From assembly GCA_964016885.1 (NCBI GenBank), contig OZ024740.1, positions 191,642,001 to 191,706,000 of the forward strand: DNA of 64,000 nt, written 5' to 3'. The stretch comes from Eledone cirrhosa (lineage: Eukaryota). Each line of letters begins with the position of its first letter. Positions within the stretch are counted from its first letter, which is position 1. Positions 54,991 through 64,000 of the stretch are shown here, piece after piece. The position numbers were made by a program, and so were the translations under genes. The notes below the pieces were generated by a model. It was given only the letters and a program-made list of their open reading frames with translations, did not search any database and was not told where the DNA came from.

Positions 54991-55394
54991 CCTACACAAC
55001 CTCTTTAAAGTTTGGGCTGAATATTTGGTGGGAGTGATGTGTAGGGATTGGGGGGGATTTGGTCATGTGTGTGTGTGGAGCAGAGAGAAAGGACATGGGA
55101 GGTAAGTGGAAGAGTGGTGGGATGGAGTTAGTGCGCACTAGATGTAGGCTTCAGCATGTGCTCATGGGAGATAAATGCAAGAGTGTGGTTGGGGAAGTAA
55201 ATGACTATGTAATAAATGTTAAACCTTTAACTGCGAAGTTGTTATATTCAACTTATTTATTATATTATATATAAACACTCCTAGAATTACCTTCTTTAGA
55301 AACATTGTTAAACTATTCATTTATCGAGACAAAAAGCTTTTCTGTTGACATATTCTTCAATTTCCCCTAATAAAATCTGATCACTACTATACAT

Positions 55395-55431
<37 letters not shown>

Positions 55432-55433
<2 letters not shown>

Positions 55434-56251
55434 GAGAGACGTAAAATAAGAAAATTATAAAAATTAACTTACTTACTAAAATTTCACTCCAACTAATTAG
55501 TTTCTGAAAGGGAATAAACATACTTTCCGAAGAAACGTACGGAGAAGCCTTTCGTCATCAGGGAAGTCTATTCTCAGCTACGTTTCCAGGCAATACGTGG
55601 ACACAGGGAACTTATACAAAAATAATTCAGTGGATGGAAAAAAGCAAAGCGTGGACTAAGTTGCAAGCCATTGAAAAAATCACTGCCTACTGCGTCGGTG
55701 GCAATTTCAAAAGAATCAATCACGTGAACTTGAGGTCAATCAGTGAAGAGTGGTTTGTTAAGAAGACAGCAGCCGGACCGTTACTATGAGTAGCAGTTTT
55801 GGCCAATTTTGGCTCGACAAAATAATTTGGAGATAATTATAAAGAATTAGTATATTTACTAACATATATATACAGATGTATACATATGCCAGCAAATATA
55901 TAGGTTTTGTCTTAGTAACTTTATGGTTCAATGCATGGGGATGCAGAACAATAATATGAGAGACGTAAAATAAGAAAATTATAAAAATTAACTTACTTAC
56001 TAAAATTTCACTCCAACTAATTAGTTTCTGAAAAGGAATAAACATAGTTTCCGAAGAAACGTACGGAGATGCCTTTCGTCATCAGGGAAGTCTATTCTCA
56101 GCTAATTTTCCAGGCAATAAGTGGACACAGGGAACTTATACAAAAATAATTCAGTGGATGGAAAAAAGCAGAGCGTGGACTAACTTCCAACCCATTGAAA
56201 AAATCACTGCCTACTGCGTCGGTGGCAAATTCAAAAGAATCAATCACGTGA
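55432..56251 (-). mobile_element. Retrozyme-like non-coding element: two 296-bp direct repeats, each with an HHR
   Basis: 55432-55727 repeats at 55956-56251 (period 524). HHR motifs at 55486-55567 and 56010-56091. Microsatellite flanks; no credible ORF. Confidence 0.75.
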
Positions 56252-56276
56252 CATATAATATATGTGCGTGGGTGTG

Positions 56277-56318
<42 letters not shown>

Positions 56319-56337
56319 CACACCCACACACACACAG

Positions 56338-56402
<65 letters not shown>

Positions 56403-56404
<2 letters not shown>

Positions 56405-56790
56405 TTCATCCCGAGTTCAATTGGGTTTAGCCACAGTAAGTAAGGAACGCAATATAAAGCAGAGTATAAATGTTTGATATAGAAAAGCTTCTACAAAACT
56501 AGAACTGTTTCATTCGTGACAAATCATCAGGAAGCTGACTGCCTAGGTAAATATGGTAATATTTATATATTCTCTGGTGGTAGAAGTGGGTGGGGGTTGG
56601 GATAGGGGGAGGTCATTGGTTAATGGTTTTAAAGTAAAGGGAATTCTTTAGAAGCTAATTCTTTAAAGTTATAATTAATATTTAGAGTGAAATAGGCAGA
56701 AAGAATTATATAAACAAATTTGCGGTTCCTCTCCTTATTATTGGTTTCCCTTAAGCTATATTTCAGGTGTCTACAAGTACATTCACACAC
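56403..56790 (-). mobile_element. Solo pseudo-LTR-like element with an HHR; inverted homologue at 58345-58908
   Basis: Collinear reverse-complement homology with 58345-58908, which has an internal duplication of about 180 bp. Confidence 0.7.
56486..56536 (-). ncRNA. Type I hammerhead ribozyme
   Basis: AGCTTC-CTGATGA-TTTG-tca-CGAA-t-GAAA-CAG-ttctagtt-TTG-TA-GAAGCT. Relatives at 58775-58825 (+) and about 62375-62424 (-). Confidence 0.75.
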
Positions 56791-56793
56791 GCA

Positions 56794-56830
<37 letters not shown>

Positions 56831-56835
56831 GTATA

Positions 56836-57290
<455 letters not shown>

Positions 57291-57457
57291 ATATATATAT
57301 ATATATATGTACATGTATATGTTTGTATGTATGTATATGTGTGTATATGTATATATGTGCGCTTGTATGTGTATGTGTATACATATATGCGTGTGTATGT
57401 GTATGTGTGTGTATATATGCATTTGTATGCATGTGTATGTGTGTGTATGTATATGTA

Positions 57458-57550
<93 letters not shown>

Positions 57551-57564
57551 AAATATATATATAT

Positions 57565-57954
57565 ATGAATGGAATAGCAACATCACAACATACGATTAAG
57601 GACAACATGAAAACACACACACACATAGAACAAACAACCAACCAGTAACATGTAAATAAACAAATATAAACACACACACACACCTGGATGTAACACATGC
57701 GCAAACTAAGCACACACAAACAGGATGGCGTACGACAGAACAACGGAGAGGCACAAAAAACAAAGAATATAATCCGCAGTCACTGAAGAGGTCACATAAT
57801 GTGTGACGAACGAACTTTGACAATATATGAACAATCGCCTGGTTGTGGAACCAACCAACCAACCAGAATTTTATAAATTCTTAAATTTATAATAAATTGG
57901 AGTGAAATCAACTGGTGCATGTGTTTCTTATTGGCAACATGACCCTCCCAAAGC

Positions 57955-57960
<6 letters not shown>
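57565..57960 (+). mobile_element. Solo pseudo-LTR of the second PLE family with a mutated HHR (57779-57821)
   Basis: Collinear with 34225-34660. CTGAAGA and stem II are kept, but GAAA has changed to GAAC. (TA)n flanks. Confidence 0.85.
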
Positions 57961-58050
<90 letters not shown>

Positions 58051-58118
58051 TGTATATATATATATATTTATATATATATGTGTGTGTATATGCATATGTA
58101 TGTATATATATGTATATT

Positions 58119-58150
<32 letters not shown>

Positions 58151-58241
58151 CGTATATATATATATACATATATAAATATAAATATATATGTGCGTGTATA
58201 TATATATATATATGTATGTGTGTATATATATACACAAATAT

Positions 58242-58287
<46 letters not shown>

Positions 58288-58905
58288 ATATATAATATAT
58301 ATAAACAAGTGTGTGTGTGTGTGTGTGCGTGTATGTGTGTGTGAATCTGCTTGTAGACACTTAAATATACCTTAAGAGAAACTTAACAATAAGGAGAGGT
58401 ACTCCAAATGTGTTTATATAATTATTTCTACCTTTGTCAAGCTAAATACATCTTTAAAGATTTAGCTTTTAAAGAATTTACCTTTCCTTAAACCCATGAA
58501 CCAAAGAACTCCATCCAACTAGTAGACATCTCAAATATAGGCATTGTTACCTTAAGAGAAACTTAAAAATAAGGAGTGGCATTCCAATTTGAACCTTTTA
58601 TAGAATTCTTTCTGCCTTTATCATTTTAAATATAAATTATTGCTTTATAGAATTAGCCTATAAATAATTACCTTTTCTTTAGACCCATCAAACAATGACC
58701 TCCACCCATACTTATTCCCACCCTATCCTACCAACAGAAAAGATATACATACCACCACATTTAGTAGGACAGTCAGCCTCCTGACGATTTCTAACGAATG
58801 AAACTGTTCTTGTCCTGTAGAAGCTTTTCTATATTAAATATTTATACTCTGCTTTGTATTGAGTACCTTACTTATTGTGGTTACCCCCTTTTGAACCCGG
58901 GATAA

Positions 58906-59016
<111 letters not shown>

Positions 59017-59989
59017 GTTCGTATGTATATATTTGTATTTATATATATATAGACATATATAATATACACTCACAATTCCACAAGGACACACACACACATC
59101 CTTTCCTCTCACATGCTCGCACATATTGTTGTGTGTGTGTATCCGTATTGTTCTGGTGTATACTGGTGAAGGAGCCCCCCCCCCCACACACACACACCCG
59201 GGAAATAACTTGAAACTCGCTTGTTCATTTCCAATTTAAATATCTTCTGTAGTCTTTGTTCTCGTGAGCTTCAGAAAACTTCTCCTGTCACTCTCACATT
59301 CAGACATGCATTAAGCAGTGCGCAATATACAAGTTTGTACCATTAATTATCAGCATTGCTTGAGTGCAATTCGTTACCTCTGACCCTGTCCATTCAACTT
59401 GTTCAGAAGTCGAGAAACGCAAGTTATCAATTATGTGCAGTGCACTTAAAATTTGGTTTCTATTCGCACGTAAATATATTGTACGCATATCACTACAGCT
59501 AGTTTCTTGTAATCATTATGATGCGACTCTCAACTTAAAACATCAATACATTTATTATGTTAAATCTGGCTATGTTTGTTACAACAGATCTCACTGACAA
59601 TCCAATGACTAATCTGCATGTTATGTACAACTCGTTGATAGTGTACCGTCTGTTAACGACGCGTGACCTCAATTTTGTCAACAGAACAAGTCTTGAAAGT
59701 GTTATCGCCTATTTTAATGCGATACACGTATGACTATATAATTATTTTGATCTATACCAACACAAAATATTTAATCCCATATTCTGCTGAAAATATTCAC
59801 TTAAAACAATCAGTGAACGATATACTTCGTTGGATCAACAGAAAGTGAAGTTGCCTAGGTTAACATAATAACACCGACAACTTACAAGACGTCTCAAATT
59901 TAAATCTATAGGCACCGTATTCTTGCAATCTCTTACATATTGTCATGTATCTTATGTAATGTCCAAAAGAATATGATGCGAATAAAACC

Positions 59990-60360
59990 GACCGAAATGG
60001 GCTTCCTCCGAAGTGCATTTGGAGTAATGATACTCGATAGAGAGCGTAGCTCGGATATAGGATTGTCGATCTAGGTAGAGCTGCTACTTCTCCAAATTAA
60101 AATATCACAACTCAGATATCATGGTCAGGCGGTTAGAATGTCTCGAGAAAGAATCGCCGCAAAGATTTTCCCTGCAAAAAAGACCTACAGGTGACCCAGT
60201 GGTAGAACGCGAGCAAATGGTTTGATAACAGCCATGATCTTAGCTGGACTGGATTGGCGATCCAGCCGAATCAGTTGGAGATGTTTAACTATCATCACCC
60301 ATCGGAAAGCGTACCTGAAGATGTTCACCCCAATAACCCCTTAGGAAAAAGTGTGTGGAG
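59990..60360 (+). mobile_element. Old RTE-clade LINE 3' fragment of a different family
   Basis: MGFLRSAFGVMILDRERSSDI...QLRYHGQAVRMSRERIAAKIF resembles RTE C-termini. Confidence 0.55.
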
Positions 60361-60817
60361 AAGAACTTGTAGCAAAAGAAAGATAAGAAAATTGCCCCTA
60401 TTCCTCTGTAAAGACATATATCTATATTAGTGTTTGTTAGATGATGAAATGTTCACGGGGTACACGAGTAAATACAAATGATAACTACTATACAGATAAT
60501 ATTAATACAAGAATTACTCTGATATGTAATGCGTGTGTTTTGTTTACTCTGCACAGATTTTATGTCAAATATCCTCTTATATATATCTGAAGTTTGGTTC
60601 AGATGATGGTTGAGCAAACTTTGTTGAAGTACTTAAGGCACTGTGGAAATATTTATTTAATTTTCATCATTAAATTCTTTAGAATATTTCTATTTAGAGA
60701 TACCAATGCTTCAATATATAAATTAGATTTGTGTAAACTTTTAATTATCCCAATTTAAATTTAATTATATATATTTCTTTCGGATAATATGCATATGAAT
60801 GTATTTATATATGAATA

Positions 60818-60915
<98 letters not shown>

Positions 60916-63039
60916 CGTATATGTGTGTGTATGTATACATATATATATGTATATATATAAATACACTTTTATGTGCGTGTATATATATATATACGTTCAT
61001 ACATACAGATTCATAATATCTTATTTTTGCACGTGTTATTTTATCTCTCAAGAAAGTAGACTATATTTTCTGTGATTGGGAAAGATTCAAAATTATTTAA
61101 ACTTTGAAATAGCTATACTGACAGTTGAAGTCATATTAATGCTTAGATTGTGGAAGGCAAATGAACTCTTACAGAAATAAGATTGCCTTATTATGGCTTT
61201 GGTGAATATGAAAAATATCAGTTAAAAATAGTATTGAATTTTAATTTAAATCATTTTTTAAATTATTTTCAGGAAGAACAAACGACATTTGCGTTATTTA
61301 AAGTGTCATTCTTTATATAACTGTGTCTCTTGTCAAGAAAAAAAAGGTTTGCTCTCATACCATTTGCCACATTATCTCTTATTTTAACTTTCTTCATGAC
61401 CTCTTTTACGAGAGAATAACATTCTTCAATTGTCATCAGTTACTGAACATTTAAAGGCACATGCTAAAAAAAAATTGAAAAAAATGGGCAATTTGCGTGT
61501 ATAGTAAGTTGATGCAGCTATATTTACAAACATCATAGCCGGCAATGGAGAATATAAGTTGATTTACTAATAATTGCTAAATTACCATAACCTCAATCTA
61601 CCATTTTAAAAGTTTAAGGTTTCTGTCGACAACATTGTCGTAGATATACAAAACAACGAGGTGACCATATCTGGAATGCCTTTCAAACATACCTCAGTTC
61701 GAGCCATTCAGTAAATTACAGTGTAATTACAAAATTAAATATACTAGATCGGAACTCAAAATATAGCCATTAATGTGTTTGGCAAATATTTACTCATTAG
61801 CAGACTACCGCACTAGCTCACATATATGGGGTTTCTTCTGTTTCCTCTCCCTGCCATTAATAGCCATAGAAGGATGGTAGAAGGACATCATTTTCTGACT
61901 TTTAATTCTGCTAAACACCACCAATAGCAAATTATTGATGTGAATTGGCGAAGGCTATATATGATGTGTTATTGTGTATCGACCTGTTACGTGCCTTTCG
62001 CAGAGAATTGGCTCAAGGTCACCCGTAGATAATTCATTAAATCACATACCCTATGTATTTATATATATATATATATATATATAAATGTAATATGAGTTTT
62101 TCGAATATTAATAACATTCGATTCGTTTGCAATTATGAATCAAGCCTCATTTTTGAAGCCATGACAGTAGATTGAACCCTTCATTCTTGCACTTAAATAT
62201 ATATAAATGTGTGTATGTGTGCGTGTGCCTGTGTGTGTGTGAGTGCGTGTGTGCGTGTGGTGTGTGCATGCGTGCGCGCGCGCGTGTGTGTGTGTGCGTG
62301 TGTTTGTGTATGATTTCCTGATGGGGATATGCATAGAATATAGCCAAGAGCCATCTTTATCTTATATAGAAATAATTTCTCTAGGGCTAGAACTGTTTCA
62401 TCCATATGAAATCATCAGTAAAGTACTGATTCCTCCAAAATATTATTTTTCCGTTTATTTCACTTCTTTTATCTTTTTTTTTATCTTTTATTTCTCATTC
62501 AATATTTTGATGAATGAAATTTTATCTGAATCGTAGACACTTTTCCTACTATATCAAGCGTTAAACTAACACATTTGTTCATTGTATGCTGTTGTTTGAT
62601 CTCTCTTAATCTCTTTTCATTTCGTACCTTTTCTACGCCCCAGGGTCTTTCTTCATGGTTGGTATGGTCGTCTGCTGTCCACATCATTATTTTCTGTTTT
62701 ATTATATAGATAGAGAGATATATATGTTTCTTTCTTGACAAAAGTGCGCACGAGAAATGGGACATTACAAGATGCGATGGTGCAGGGTTTAAATAAAAGT
62801 TATGTAAACTTTAACATTAATCAATTAAAATATACTATATATTAAAATAAACTATATATTAAAATAAAATGAGAATCGAAATGTTCAATAACAACGTTAC
62901 TGTGGGTTTGTTTTACACTCTTTAGATAGAACAACCCTCAACACCAGGAGCACGTTTTGTAGGCGTTACCGTCTTCCCTCTTTTGTCTTCTTTTCATCCT
63001 ACAGGTGTATACAGAGAAAGCCCATTCACTCGGGCCATT

Positions 63040-63200
63040 TTCGACACATTCATTCACATTTCATCGAATTTACTGAGGTGTAGCAGCTCTCTCTTCACTC
63101 TCACTAACCTTCTGTGGTGTTTAGAGGAACGGATGAGTTGTTGTCCGGAGAGGATGGTCTTCCACCATATCACCATTTTCACCATAGCCAGCAGGCCACA
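63040..63200 (-). mobile_element. Probable L1/Tx1-like ORF2 C-terminal fragment
   Basis: LLAMVKMVIWW..LSGQQLIRSSKH..VRVKRE..FDEM resembles, from memory, Tx1-like ORF2 ends. Confidence 0.4.
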
Positions 63201-63213
63201 AATATATATATAC

Positions 63214-63291
<78 letters not shown>

Positions 63292-64000
63292 AAGATGAAT
63301 ATAAAATAAAAGTGCTTTTTTTTAAAAAGGAATTTATTAGGTATTGACATATGTTTCTGTAACAGACGGAATACCTTTGTATCGCTGCTTGCGTAATCAT
63401 ATAATGTTAGCAAGTATTCGATAGCAAATGTATAATCAGTTGTTACTTCTTCAGAGATATTGGATAAATTGGAAAAAATCAGAAAAATTTAAGTATTTAT
63501 ATTAGTTGTAATAAAGGAAGAAGAGAGGGGATAGTATATGACAGATGGCAATTCTATTTACTGGTAAACAAGTATATAAAGGGTTTCTAATGAGAATACA
63601 ATGAGTATATGGTTTATTTATCTAAATAAGAATTTTTGGGAGTGCCTATTTTAATCTATACTTGACCAATTGAACAATGGACAGGGCTGGCCGTTTGGTG
63701 TAGTAGTATTAATTATAAAGTGTCAATTAAGGAAGAGGGAGATTTTCACTGCTACTGAATAACAACAATGCTGATAGCCTGCTGGTATATGCATTAGGGA
63801 ATTGAATTAAGAAATCTCATTTTATCTATAGCAGTTTATATTAAATGGTAAAGAATAGAAGAGTTGATAGAATTAAGACTAATAGAGAATGTTAATATGT
63901 ATTTTGACAATCAAACGGAGATGGAGACAGCCGTTCAATCCTGGTTTTGTTTGTAATATGAAAATGTAGATTTCAAGCGATGGTTACAGTATAACGATCG

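Overview
This is AT-rich eukaryotic, repeat-dominated DNA. It is very probably cephalopod (Octopus-like), inferred from the SINE sequences and the density of (TA)n/(CA)n arrays. No intact host gene is recognisable, and nearly all long ORFs in the track are microsatellite artefacts. Real coding content comes from retroelements. There is a near full-length Penelope-like element (PLE) at 18827-25324 (-) with 1.4-kb direct pseudo-LTRs, several decayed PLEs of two other families, and a CR1-group LINE at 27695-31897 (-) with an unusual ORF1. There are also RTE LINE pieces (one with a PHD finger inside the RT region), two tRNA-type SINE families and a head-to-tail pair of non-autonomous Helitrons. 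The main hidden signal is about 20 type I hammerhead-ribozyme (HHR)-like motifs from roughly 8-10 sequence families. Four families use the compensated U3-A8 core (UUGANAA). They sit in PLE pseudo-LTRs and in short non-coding, (TA)n-embedded direct-repeat or fold-back elements, including a retrozyme-like unit with a 524-nt period. All folds, alignments and coordinates were derived by eye, so element ends are approximate.
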